A DNA stretch of 64,000 nucleotides from Fimicolochytrium jonesii (lineage: Eukaryota). How positions within the stretch are numbered: position 1 is the stretch's first letter; each line of letters starts with the position of its first letter. Below are positions 12,689 to 24,280 of this stretch, piece by piece. The position numbers were made by a program, and so were the translations under genes. Where the stretch lies: the NCBI RefSeq assembly GCF_025526975.1, contig NW_026515676.1:186001-250000 (forward strand). The letters run 5' to 3'. The notes beneath the pieces are model-generated. The model made no database searches, was not told the DNA's origin, and saw nothing but the letters and a program-made list of their open reading frames with translations.

Positions 12689-13654
12689 ATGTCCGCCCTC
12701 CCCCCCTTCGACCAGCACGCCACCTTCCACCTCACCTCGCCCCCGCACCCGACCTGGACGCCCGGCACACATCAGCCCGCGCCGGCCTCGCACGGGTCGA
12801 CGGTGAGCATCGACCCGGCCGCGCTCGCGAAGCCGGATATGTATAAGTTGATCATCAGCGCGGTGGTGCCGCGGCCGATTGCGTTGGTGAGCACGGTGGA
12901 TGCGGAGACGGGCGTTGTGAATGTCGCGCCGTATAGTTATTTCAATGTGGTTTGTCATGACCCGCCGACGCTGATGGTAAGGTTTGGGGGGAGGGGGGGA
13001 AGGGGGAAGTGGAGGGAGGGGGGGACAGCGGTGGCTGCAACACGCTGGGGGTGGATAAGAATGCTCTGCGATACATCGAGAAGTTCTGCCGCCAAGAAAA
13101 AGGGCTCACGTCTCTCTCACTCAACGCCCGCACAGATCTCGGTCAACGCCGGGCGGACGGGGCCCAAAGACACACTCCGCAACATCCTCTCGACGTCGCA
13201 GCTCGTGATCAACACGTTCTCGGAATGGACCGCCGAGTCCGCCAACCACACCACGACGCCGTACCCGGCCAGCGTGTCCGAGCTCCCCTCGTCGGCGCTC
13301 ACCCCGGTCGCGTCGGAGCTGGTCCGCCCGCCGCGCATCGCCGAATCCGCCGTCTCGTTCGAGTGCCGCGTCGCGCACGTCAACATGCTGCATAACAAGG
13401 ACGGGAAGGCCACCGCCGGCGTCGTGCTGGCCGAGGTCGTGAGGGTCCATGTCAAGGAGGGGGTGTATGATCGGGAGAAGGGGATTGTGGATCTGGCGGA
13501 GTTGAGGCCGCTCGGGAGGTTGGGCGGCACGATGTATGGGCGGGTCGTGAGTGGGTTTGAGCTGCATAGGCCCGCGACCGTCGTGGCGGAGACTAAGGAG
13601 GCGAGGGAGGTGCAGGAGGGGAAATTGGCGGTGGCCGAGCAGGCGAGGAACTAG
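12689..13654 (+). CDS. Flavin reductase-like FMN-binding split-barrel protein (DIM6/NTAB family), 2 exons
   Basis: YKLIISAVVPRPIALVST, NVAPYSYFN, KDTLRNI, RIAESAVSFEC, LGRLGG. Intron ~12977-13135. Confidence 0.9.
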   Translation: MSALPPFDQHATFHLTSPPHPTWTPGTHQPAPASHGSTVSIDPAALAKPDMYKLIISAVVPRPIALVSTVDAETGVVNVAPYSYFNVVCHDPPTLMVRFGGRGGRGKWREGGTAVAATRWGWIRMLCDTSRSSAAKKKGSRLSHSTPAQISVNAGRTGPKDTLRNILSTSQLVINTFSEWTAESANHTTTPYPASVSELPSSALTPVASELVRPPRIAESAVSFECRVAHVNMLHNKDGKATAGVVLAEVVRVHVKEGVYDREKGIVDLAELRPLGRLGGTMYGRVVSGFELHRPATVVAETKEAREVQEGKLAVAEQARN

Positions 13655-14338
13655 GAGCCCCTTTCGATCCCTTTTCGTGGGCCATATTCCACGGACACTC
13701 ACGTCTGGACGTTGCGGTTTCTTTTACTATATCGACTTTTCGGAACGTGAACGATGGCCGAGCCACTTCCGCAGCGACAGACAGAACCCCTAATGCTCCC
13801 CAGGCGTATCTTCTGATCCCATTCCCACGGTCGTAACATTTTTTCCCCCCATCCCGTCTCCTTTCATATTACATGCCTTCTGTACATTCCCCAAATACTG
13901 GACTGTATGTTTGTGTGGTCACAACAATATATACATTGGTGATGCTAATAGTTTGCCCAAATTGGGAAAGCGGATGAAGCTACCCTTCACCCTACGTGTG
14001 GACTATGTAGGTACAGCCGCACTGCATCGACCGATAGGCGTGGGTGTTCCGGAGATGCCTGTGGTATGTGTCGCCCGGCGTGGTGGACCGTAGAGTACGG
14101 TGTCACCACGTCGACCCTGCGTTCATGAAGCCCATGAAGCGACGGGGAATAGATCCTCGGTCCGATGCCGATGTGTGGCGATAGAAGGGTGGAATTCTCG
14201 CGGTGCCCGGGGTGCAGGACTGTATGCTGCGAAATGTTGGCGCATGGAATGTGGTTGTTTAGGGGGGGTATCGGCCCCATGGCAGCCTGCGTGCTTTCGG
14301 GTCGAAGAAAGCCGATCCCAGTTTCGCTTCCTCGTAAA

Positions 14339-15223
14339 CTACACCCCACCCTCCGCCGGCAAAACTCCCGCCGCCGGCCCAACCCCAACCCCATCCAACC
14401 CACCATAAACATACCCATTCGCCTTATCAATCACCCTCGCGAGGCTCAACACACTCTGCAGATCCTCAATCGCCAGCGTCTGAAAGCCGACCAGACTGTA
14501 ATCGCGTACAAGATCACACAGGGCCTCGTTCAACCCGCGAAACTTTCTCGCGAAATACGATGGTTGTCTCGCTGTTGTGCTCTCCCCACCCTCCTCACCA
14601 TCGTTATTCAACCTCTCCAACAGATAATCCAAATCCTGCACCTCCGTATAGAACTCCACGGGGAACGCCGTCTCCCCATACCGCTCCATCACATCGACCT
14701 TGCTCAGCACATTCACATGCGGGAGCTCCATCTGGATCATTGTTTTCAAACTCAGCAGCAGCAACGCGACGTATTTCGCCGGGTCGGTGCAGTAATGCGA
14801 GTCGACGAGGTGCACACAGCAGAGCCGGAGATCCAGGTTCTTGCTCAACCGCTCCACGATGTGCTTTAACGAGTTGTGGTGGGTGAAGAGCTCCACTTGG
14901 CCCGGGCAGTCGATCAGGATGTACGTGTTGGATTCGAGTAGGGGCTTGAGCTGGGATTCGAGCCAGTCGAGGTTTTTTTCGAGATACTCCAGACAGTAGA
15001 TCAGCCCGCCATTTGGGCCGAGATTGAATTCCTCCATTGTGTCTTCGAGGGTGATTAGGGAGGAAATGTCGATGGTGGGCGTGTAGGGGAGGGCGTCGTT
15101 GGCGGGGTCGAGATTGACGATTGCGCAGGGGCGGGAGAGGGATTGGTAGAATTGGGAGAGGCCGTGGCAGTAGGTGGTTTTGCCGGAGCCGGGGGGGCCG
15201 ACTATTAATTGGCCGAAGGACAT
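14339..15223 (-). CDS. GPN2: GPN-loop GTPase 2
   Basis: MSFGQLIVGPPGSGKTTYC, VNLDPAND, LGPNGGL, DCPGQVELFTHH, LPHVNVLSKVD. Confidence 0.95.
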   Translation of the reverse strand: MSFGQLIVGPPGSGKTTYCHGLSQFYQSLSRPCAIVNLDPANDALPYTPTIDISSLITLEDTMEEFNLGPNGGLIYCLEYLEKNLDWLESQLKPLLESNTYILIDCPGQVELFTHHNSLKHIVERLSKNLDLRLCCVHLVDSHYCTDPAKYVALLLLSLKTMIQMELPHVNVLSKVDVMERYGETAFPVEFYTEVQDLDYLLERLNNDGEEGGESTTARQPSYFARKFRGLNEALCDLVRDYSLVGFQTLAIEDLQSVLSLARVIDKANGYVYGGLDGVGVGPAAGVLPAEGGV

Positions 15224-15469
15224 TCGTGAGAAGCTGGGTGGGGTTGAGTGGGTTTCTTGGGGTGAGAAGTCGGTGGAGGGTCCTCTGTCGGTGTGAAGTG
15301 GGGGATATCGTATCTTCACTGCTGTGCAAATGTCCTTCGAGCAATGTCCTGCTTGTCCTCCTGTCCTCCGCGCAATGCGACGAGATTGCAAAGGGCATTC
15401 TGAAGAAGGACAACCCAATCCTCCCAATCCCACACTTTCCCACGCGCCCAACAAGCCCAGCCAGGCATC

Positions 15470-16384
15470 ATGTCAACAGCCCAAACTAACCCACCACCTC
15501 CACCGGCACCACTCTCCACAGGAGCAGGAGCTCCGCCAACCAGTGCCGACTCCCATCCTCCCGGCGACCCGGAGACCCCGCTAACGGCCGGCTCCATAGG
15601 CGACGATCTGAGCAATGTGCGTGTATCACGTCCCCTCCTCATCACTCCCACAGTAGGGAATGAAATGACTCGGGGGCGCTGAACCTTGGATTTGGGTTGG
15701 GTGACATGTAGGTGACACCGCAGGAATTAGCCAAAGCCGAGAAAACGCTGCAGGAACTGCTGAGTCGCAAGAAACAGGTGGATCGATCACTGGTGTGTAC
15801 CCCAACATCATTCCAACTTTGCTTTACCTCACACCCCCATGTTGCAAGCCACTCACGTCTCCCCTCTGATTCCCACAGATAGAACTCGAAAAGCGCATCT
15901 ATAATATCGAAACAGGCTACCTGGAAGACACGTCACAGGGCAACATCATCCGCGGGTTCGAGGGGTACCTGACGAACACGGGGCTGGGAAATAGAAAGAA
16001 GCAGAAGCTGGTGGAGGAGGATCGGTTGTTTTCCAGGAGTAGTGTTACGTATCCTAAGGTAGGGTGTTTGTGTCGGGTGTATGTCCTTCCGTTTCAGGTG
16101 AGGGATTTATTACTGATGAGAGGAATATGATGAAAAAGGCATTGGAAATAGCCTCCCACACCCGCCACGACGACGACGACAGCTCCCACCGTCACCACTC
16201 AACATCCACCGCCGCGCAGGCATCATCGTCCACCTACCGCGGCACACCCACACCGCTCTCGCAAGTAGACCGGTTGAAGAAGGCGGCGCAGAAGAGGCGC
16301 AAGTCGAGTTTGAGTGCTGAGCCGGTGGATGCGACGCCGGTGGCGAGGAAGAAGAGGAGGGGTGGGGAGGAGGAGAATGAGTGA
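15470..16384 (+). CDS. EAF6: NuA4/NuA3 histone acetyltransferase subunit Eaf6, 4 exons
   Basis: Spliced: LQELLSRKKQVDRSL|IELEKRIYNIETGYLEDTSQGNIIRGFEGYL...EDRLFSRSSVT. Confidence 0.92.
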
Positions 16385-16786
16385 TGGTAGGGAGTGGGGG
16401 TTTATTATGGACGGGAGAGTTGATGTGTATGGATTGGGGAGGGAACGGGGGGAGATGGGGTTTCTTCTTCCGGGCCATTGTGCACAGTTACTGTATACCC
16501 AGATCCCGCTTGTGGTGGAGTTTCCCACCGATTAATTGGCTCGTAGGATCAGAGGGTAGTCCGTTGAGGCAAACACAGAAAAGGTGGAGGGCAGTGTACA
16601 TGTCTATTTGCAAGTCATTTGTATATAAATACAATTGGAATCCGTGCCAGTTTCAACTGCAGCATTAAGCGGATGGCGCACGGCGGGTTGCTGGAACGAC
16701 CAAAGTGCACACGCATGCGATGTCGGTCGTATCCCCAGTATGACTCTTCTCGCCCATTCTCAAGTCTTGTCCTCACCGCCAAAATC

Positions 16787-17526
16787 CTACTGCTTCAACA
16801 ACCTCCTCGGCAAAAACCGCCCCCACATCCTCAACGCCACGGCTCTGAAATACGGCCCACGTCCAAAGATCCGCCCGACCGTCAACAGGATCGCCGAGTA
16901 CAGCGGCAGCGTGGTCAGAAGGTAGGCGATGCGGTAACTCCAGGGTCCTTCTATAAATGTTCCTGCGGGGTATCACACAAACGTCAGTCATCGAAAATAA
17001 TACCATACCGAAAGGGACTACTTGGGAGATGTCGATAGTTACCCTCAATACCCAAAACCCTCTCCAAGAAGGGCTTAACAACCCTAACCGTGGTCGAACC
17101 CGTGATCCCAAACACGAGGAAGATGACGCTCCAGTCCCACCACCAGCCCTTTGAGAAGCGCGGGTGGAGGGATGCGAGGGCTGCTGTGGCTGCCGCGGAG
17201 GCCGCTGATGACGGTAGGGGGGATGGTGGGGGTGTGAATGGGGTTGTGATTGTGGGCGGTAGGAGGGGGGTGGTTGTGGATGGGTCGGTTGGCATTTTAT
17301 TTGGCGGGGGTTGGGAAGGGGATCTGAGGGCGGTGCTGTGCAATGGTGGTTTGGGCTGTGGCGTTGAGGAAATGGATCGGGGTGTGAGGTGGTGTTGTTG
17401 TAACGAGCGGCCACTGACTGTGGGTAGTGGTCGAGCGAAGGTCAAGTGAGACGCAGAAGGTATTATTGAACTCCGGAGTGAAGTGAGGGTGTGGAGAGCT
17501 CTGAAGGAGGTGGGGAGACGGGACAT
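16787..17526 (-). CDS. DUF6787-like small membrane protein with a mitochondrial-type presequence, 2 exons
   Basis: IFLVFGITGSTTVRVVKP..IEG|TFIEGPWSYRIAYLLTTLPLYSAILLTVGRIFGRGPYF. N-terminus is R/S/L-rich and acid-free. Confidence 0.7.
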
Positions 17527-17911
17527 TTGGTGTGTGTGGAGTGAGAAGGGGCGGCGGCGGGATGGAGGGCAGTGTGAGGTGGGTGGGAGGTGTGAACTCT
17601 CTCTTATGGGAGTGCTGCGTGCGGAGTCATCCGTGGAAGGCCGGGAAATGAGCGAGACCGCCTTACGAGGACGACAGCCCGGAAGCACTTGCGCCTTACC
17701 AGCCTGCCCGCCTGCCAGTATGGAGTATGGGAAGCGAGAAGGAAGGAGGGCGGAAGTGCGACGGCGGAACCCTCACCTCACGCGTCCCATTCCGGGCGGA
17801 GATGGGAACGACTGGAAGGACGACGTCCCGTTACTTTTTTTTCATTCTCATCCCAGCAACTATTCTCATTCGGCAAACCATACACACTCCCACTCCCTTC
17901 GGCAACCCGCA

Positions 17912-19796
17912 ATGCCCACCCCAACCTCAATCTACATCTCCCCCTCCCCCCAATCCCCCCACTCCTCCCTTCCCCTCCCTCTCCCCCTCCCGCCCCTCCT
18001 CTCCCCGCTCCTCTTCACCCCAGACACAGACTCCCTCTCACCCACCCACGCCCCCGCAACACCCACAACAACCCCCGCCCAACTCCGCGACGCTCTCGCC
18101 CCTTTACTCACACTCCAAATCGGGCCCGCGTTGGATAGAGCACTTGGACACGATCCACGGGCGGTGGGGAGACTTTGGAAGGGCGTGGTGGACAGTAGGG
18201 TTGAGAGGGAGGCGGGTGGGAGTGGCGGGGTTAGGGAGAGGGTTGCGAGGGGGCTCGTGGAGAGTGTGAAGAGGGTGTGTGGGCTGGAGATTTTGGAGGA
18301 GAATGCGAAGATGATTGTTGAGGCTTATTCTTTGGATACGGGCGTGGTCGATGGCATGGATACCGCTGAGGCGTTTATTCTGGATCTTAAGGTATGTGTG
18401 CGAGCGGACCCTAGGGAAAACGAAGCGAGCTGGGAGACCAGGCGTCAGATCTTTTGCGAGCGAAGCGAGCTCGGTCCGCGCCCCGCCCCCCCAACAATCT
18501 TGTCGCCAGTTTCTTTATGGTTTTGTGAACCATTGTCTTTCAAAATAAGCACTCAACCCGCTTCCCTCTCTCTTCTATCCCTCAGGGCGGCCTCTCAACG
18601 ACCCGTCTCACCCTCCTCCACACCCTGCACGCCCTCATCACCTCCCACTGCACTTCCCAACCCCTCATCCAACCGGACACATCCACCTCACACCCGGACC
18701 TCCCACCACCACCAACGACTTCACAACGCCCAACAAAAACGTTCCTTCAAGCCGCCCAATCCCTCTTCACACCCGCCGCGCACCCGCGCGTCCGAACAGG
18801 GCATGTAAGCGCCGAACAGATGCGGGCGGAGGTGTTTGGGTATTGGCGAAGGGGGAAGAGCCGGGGAGGGAGTCGGGTGGGGCTTGATCTTGACGGGGAT
18901 GGTAAAAATGCGACTACTACAACAAATATAAATGTGAGGGAGGAGGAGATCACACCCGCCGACTGGACATACTCCCACCTCTCCACGCCCTACACGTCCG
19001 CCTATAGCGCCGCGCACGATGATGAGGCGTTTGAGCGGATTCTGGTGCTTTGTTGGCCCGGGCTGGGTGAGGCTGCCGGGATTGAGAGATACGTAGATGG
19101 TGGGGAAGGTGGGGAGGGCGAGGCGAAAGGGGAGCGGGAGGAGGATGTGATGGGGAGTATTGGGATGCGGAAGAAGAGGGTGTTGGCGAGACGGGTTAGG
19201 CGGTTGAATGCGCTTGGTAAGATAACGGCGAACATCGCTATGATTACTTTCTTCCTTCTATTGGGCCGTATATCTAAACATACTTCTTTTGGGGATATCT
19301 ACACACAGTATCAGACGCCCGCCGCTTCCGCACAGCCCTCGACCTCATGATCCTCCGCCACCCGCCCTCCCTTCCCCACAAACCCTCCGTCACCACCAAC
19401 CCCTCCCTCCCGCCACCCCCCACATCAACAACAACCCCCTCCCCGACCTCCCCCTCCGCCCCCATGGCCCCCCGCGAACTCAAGCAAGGCCTCCTAAACC
19501 CCTTACTGGACCGCACCTTCATCCACAATGTCGTCAGGGGCCTGTACGACCTCGCTCAGTGTCCGCTCACCTCCCCCGCCTCCACCTCGGATGCGCCCAT
19601 AACACCCGCAGAAGACCTCAGCACCCTCGACAGCATCTACCGCCGTCTTCTCCGCGAAACCGCCTCGCGCTCCCACAGCAACAGTAACAACGCGGCAGTG
19701 ACGCTGGCGGATGTGGAGTGGGCGTTGAAGGGCGCGGTGAGGAAGGAGGTGGGGTTCTTGGAGTATTGTGTTGTTGCAAGGGTTTGGGGGGGATAG
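17912..19796 (+). CDS. Hypothetical protein, 3 exons
   Basis: In-frame exons ~17912-18391, 18586-19216 and 19309-19796 joined by GT..AG introns. Host-like base composition; no family recognised. Confidence 0.7.
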
Positions 19797-20281
19797 ATAT
19801 GTGGGTCGGTGATGTCGTTGCTGGGATTTTGGGTCTGCCGATCGATTCAATATCCTGCTGCGGTGTTGTTTGGATGGGAGTATACGGAAGAGGGTGAATC
19901 ATGCAACGACGTTTTGGTTGTTGATAAATTGAATATGAACATGTTGATACCATCTACGCAATACACGAAATTGAGAATCGATGAATGAGAATGATTTGAT
20001 GTCGCCAAGGTCGCTATGCCGAATATAGGTTCCACGTAGACTAAGGGGGGCGACCCAGCATGCATGTTTCTGATTATGTGGGTCTGCGTCGGTCTTCCGG
20101 GCAGTCCCTAGTAATCGTAGTTGGACCGCACCATCAACGGCTTCGGAAACTTGCGCCCGTCCGGCTTTCGCTCCGACCGCGCGATCTGCAACTTCAGCGC
20201 CGCTGGCCGGATCGCCGTATCCAGTACCCGTGCGGACAGTAGCTCAAGCTCGGGTCGATCGGCAACAGCTGCGAGGTTTGG

Positions 20282-20828
20282 TTATCTCCAGACGCACCAT
20301 AGTGTAGGGTTGATCTTCACACCCCGTGCTTCTGTCGAGCGTAGTTGTCGTTCGTAGCGATGGGGTGATGGGCGCCCACTGTCTTGATGGTATGGACTAT
20401 GGTATCTCCTGACTATGGATTTTTCTGCAACCCAGATGGTCGTGTGGGTGGTCGTTGTTAAGGATGAGTACGGACCCTGAGCTATCGGCCAACGTTCAAT
20501 GCCGCGTGGGTTCCTATCGACATCCGCCACACCCAGCACGGGAATGATAGTAGACATCAAGCCCCGTATGTAAGCTTATAGTCTCCTTGCCAGGATGGTA
20601 TCTCCCTGCATTTGTGTCTGTGAGGTTCGTATGATCCAACCATATCGATGCCTTGTGCTCTATGTAGTCCTAGATGGCCTGTTGCGCGAGGGGATGTTTC
20701 CTACACCTGCCAAAACATCGTCAAGAAGGCGATTGCTCATTCCTGCATTCGGAGCTCGGTCCCTTAGGATGATTACCCCCGGTAGGTGGGGAACCTCTTT
20801 TGCCGGATTTGGGCAGATCAGAGCCATT
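20282..20828 (-). pseudogene. Possible AlkB-like 2OG-Fe(II) dioxygenase relic
   Basis: Three-frame reconstruction: HLPGVIILRD..; NAGRYHPGKETISLHTG; MSTIIPVLGVADV..KINPTLW. Weak, and the HxD Asp is absent. Confidence 0.3.
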
Positions 20829-23485
20829 CTGGTCGTGTTTTGATGGTGGGGTGTGTCGGGGGTGGTGCCGACATCCGCCGCTTCTTTCTACTCCCCTCCA
20901 GCGCCTCCCAGACCGTTGGCACCGTGATTGTTGTGGTCTCACCGTACATGCATTTCTCGCCGATTTTGTTGAGTTCCCTAGAGAGGATCCAACAAGGTCA
21001 GTTTCTGCGGATATGGTGGACACGGCAAAATGGAAGTCTCTACTTGAGGAATATGTCCCTAGCCCCTGTCTCCGGGTCGCGGATTGGGAGGCAGATGATG
21101 GGCATTCGAGACCATTGCATTCTGTGGCCCCTCAGGCCCGCACTTCGGTGAACAAGCGTGCTCTCTTTTCCCCCATGGGGTCTGTAGGGGTTCTGGATGG
21201 AGAGCCCGTCACCTGCTTCGATGAGTTGACTGATGTTCTGATGTTGGTTGATGGGTGACCATTTCCAGCGCCTCCCCGATCCTTGAGATCAACCCCCGCT
21301 ATCACGACTGGCCTGGCTTCCGCCACTTGACTGCCAGTTGTATGTGGTGTACGAGTGTTTGAAAGCCCTTGATTCCGTTATTTTTTCTCTCCCCGAGGTT
21401 CAATGACGATTACCATCCCTTTGTCCGGGCAAGTCGAAAGCTGAACAGCTTCATCCATCCCTGGCAACTCATGCAAATCATCATTCGAAAATTAACTGAA
21501 CTGTTGCCGCCGAAGGTCCTCAGTGTCCCGAATCTTCAGACGAAGTATGAGGAACAAAAGCTTTGATCATGGCATCCAACGGTAGCCACACGACCTCAAG
21601 AGTGGAGAGGAGTGGTGTCCGCCGCAGACCACACCACATGAGACGGACATCACGATGGGGACAGGAAAATCAGCCGAAAGGTTTCGATGGGCGAGTGGTG
21701 GCGGCCGGCAGCGCACCGTAAACGACATCCCACGAGAAAATAGGGTTCCGATAGATCCGATAGGTTCCGGAATTCCCTCGTTTCCTTCTCTTCAGTCTGA
21801 GTACATTGATCTCTGTGGCATTCCACACCAACGAGACGGGTAGCGGTGTCGTTTCTCGGGCTTCATTGGTAACATGGCGAGCGCGAGCAATAAAGAGGTT
21901 GTAAGCTGCCCTTGTGAGGAAAGACCCGGAAGCTCATTACGAGAGATCGCCAGTGAAAGAGCAGGAGGGGTCATATTCATGGGCGCCTGGATCAACATTT
22001 AGCACAAGATTGTCGACGAATTCAGGCCCTATCCCCAGTTCGTTGTGGTGATTGTCCACAACATTAGGGCCTTGCGGTATAGCGGATGGACTGGTGCGAG
22101 CAAAGACGTCTTGACACACCTAGCCTCCCGTGCCACGACCCAGCGGATTCTCATCTTCCCAAAGTTCCCGGACCCGCACTGGCCTTTAAGGTATCCTCAC
22201 CGTCTGTGATGTGTGCGTTGCTGATGTGCGTCCGCATGTCGTGAACGTGTCTTGATGTGCTGGGATGTCCACGCTTTCCTTTTATTGCGCTGGGTGCGTG
22301 TCGTCGTCAGGTGAGGATAACTGGATCGGTCAAGTACCTTGACGTTGTCGAGTAGGAGAGTACAATGCAGCTCCGGCGTACCACGAGCAATTCCCTCGTA
22401 CGCCTTGTAGAGCTCCTCTGTCCGCTCGTTCCTCCGCCGGGCGAGTTTCTCTTCATTGCGGTCTTCTCCAACGCCGCCTTCTGCTTCACCACCTGTAGTT
22501 CCAATTCGGAAGGTCGTCTTCATCAACTGAATGTTGCTTGTAAAGCGTCAGCAAACAGAAAACGCGGACGTTCTAGGGCCTTCCAAAGCCAGGAGCTTTG
22601 GAGCAGGGTTCAGCACCTCTGACGGAGACATTCCGGTTCGAGGCTGCGGGGTTCACTTTCCAGCCCAACTTGATGTGGGCCGCTGTCTCAAGACCCACAT
22701 CGTTGTACCCGTATCGACATGCTTCAGAGCAACGCAATGAACAAAGTCTTAATGATCGCATACAAGGCAGCCATATGATCTGGCCTGGATCATATGGCTG
22801 GTGTCTTCGGCCAGCGTTCCTCGAAATATGCCAAGACAACAAGCAAAAGTCAAATAGTCCCCAGCAGTCGAAATGAGCATCCGCCGCCAGGCGTTCCCAC
22901 TGAAGATTCCCTTGCCCCCGTCGAGGTTGGCGTCCCCGCCACCTCCTTAAGAATGCTGGCACTTTGGAAAATATCGCATCGGCATAACCGCCATAGCTTC
23001 GCCAGCTCCTTCTATCGATCTCCTAGCCCTTCTGATCCTTCTCACAATAATCTCGTTGAGCTCCTGCCTCGAACCCTCCCTCTCCTGAACCTTCTGGCTC
23101 CGCTCCTCCATTGTCCCCGCCTTCGACCCCAATCACCCCACTTCCAAATTATCCCGCTCCAAAACATCCTTATCAGCTTTTCCTGCTGCTCGCGCGTCAA
23201 GGCCATCGCGCCTTGAGACATGAGTGAGATGAGTACGGTACCGGTGGAAATGGCGACATCGGCGACGTGGGAATCGATGGTTTAGATGGTGGCGGATGTC
23301 GTATATTATCAGAAATTCCAGGGTCCTTCGTCCATGGGAACCTGAGCGGTGCACTCTCCGCTTGCATAGCGTTTTCGACAGCGCGTCAAACACGTGATCA
23401 ACTCGTTGAGGTCGCTTGGCCTTGAAGCCCCGCAAGTGCTCCGCTTCCCTCAACAACCATCAACAACCACCAATACAACGCAAGG

Positions 23486-24280
23486 ATGACCTTCCGCAAA
23501 GGCTTCACTCAGTCCCTCCGCCAACTTTCAGCCGACGCTCGCAAGCCGGCAAAGAAAGACGCCGCCATCACCACCCTCAAGGACATGCTGGCCCACGAAG
23601 CAGACAGCCAAGCCCAACGCGCAATTCTATACACCCTATGTGAGCTCCCAGAGACGAGAGCCTGGGCTTTCAAAAAGGTTGAGGAGGACGGGAAATGGAC
23701 GGACGCTGATGTGGAGATATTGAAGGCGGCTGACGAGTCTGGCAAGGATGTTGGTGAGGTTCAGAAGGCCAGGGACGTCACGATGGCCCCCGTCACGATG
23801 GCGCCTGTTCCAGACCCAGCACCCCGAATCGACCAAGAGACTCTGCAAAGTCTCAAAACCGCTCTGATCCTCGAAACGATCTCCTCATCGCTGACGATGA
23901 TCACATCCATTGCCACCCTCTCGAACCGAATTTTCCACTCGGCCACGACTACGCCCGAAATCCTGCACGACCTGCTGTTCACGCTCATGCAATCCCGTTT
24001 AGATATCGCCACGATTGAAACCGGCGGGGAAGACGAGCTTCTGCAATCATGCATTGTCGACCTATTCGGGGGGTCTGCGAACGTTCCGTACCATCGGCTG
24101 GTGTGCTACATTGATATGCTGCGATTTGACGGGGAGAGTAAGAAGGTGGCAAGGATAGCGGCGAATTTGATGTTAGTAGATCATCTACGGGAGGATGGGG
24201 GTGCGGTGGATATTGCTGAGCGACCTATTGAGTATATTTTGGACACCCTGAAGGCGTATAGGGACTCTATTAGGATGTAG
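23486..24280 (+). CDS. Intact intronless 264-aa hypothetical, probably helical, protein
   Basis: ATG to TAG uninterrupted, natural amino-acid composition, host-like C-rich/G-rich alternation. Confidence 0.7.
   Translation: MTFRKGFTQSLRQLSADARKPAKKDAAITTLKDMLAHEADSQAQRAILYTLCELPETRAWAFKKVEEDGKWTDADVEILKAADESGKDVGEVQKARDVTMAPVTMAPVPDPAPRIDQETLQSLKTALILETISSSLTMITSIATLSNRIFHSATTTPEILHDLLFTLMQSRLDIATIETGGEDELLQSCIVDLFGGSANVPYHRLVCYIDMLRFDGESKKVARIAANLMLVDHLREDGGAVDIAERPIEYILDTLKAYRDSIRM

Noticed and set aside
21600..23250. Minus-strand ORF fragments as a transposase
   Set aside because: No DDE, CxC or KDZ motifs (for example YDIAC, FHAYAH, DGEGxER) were found by eye.
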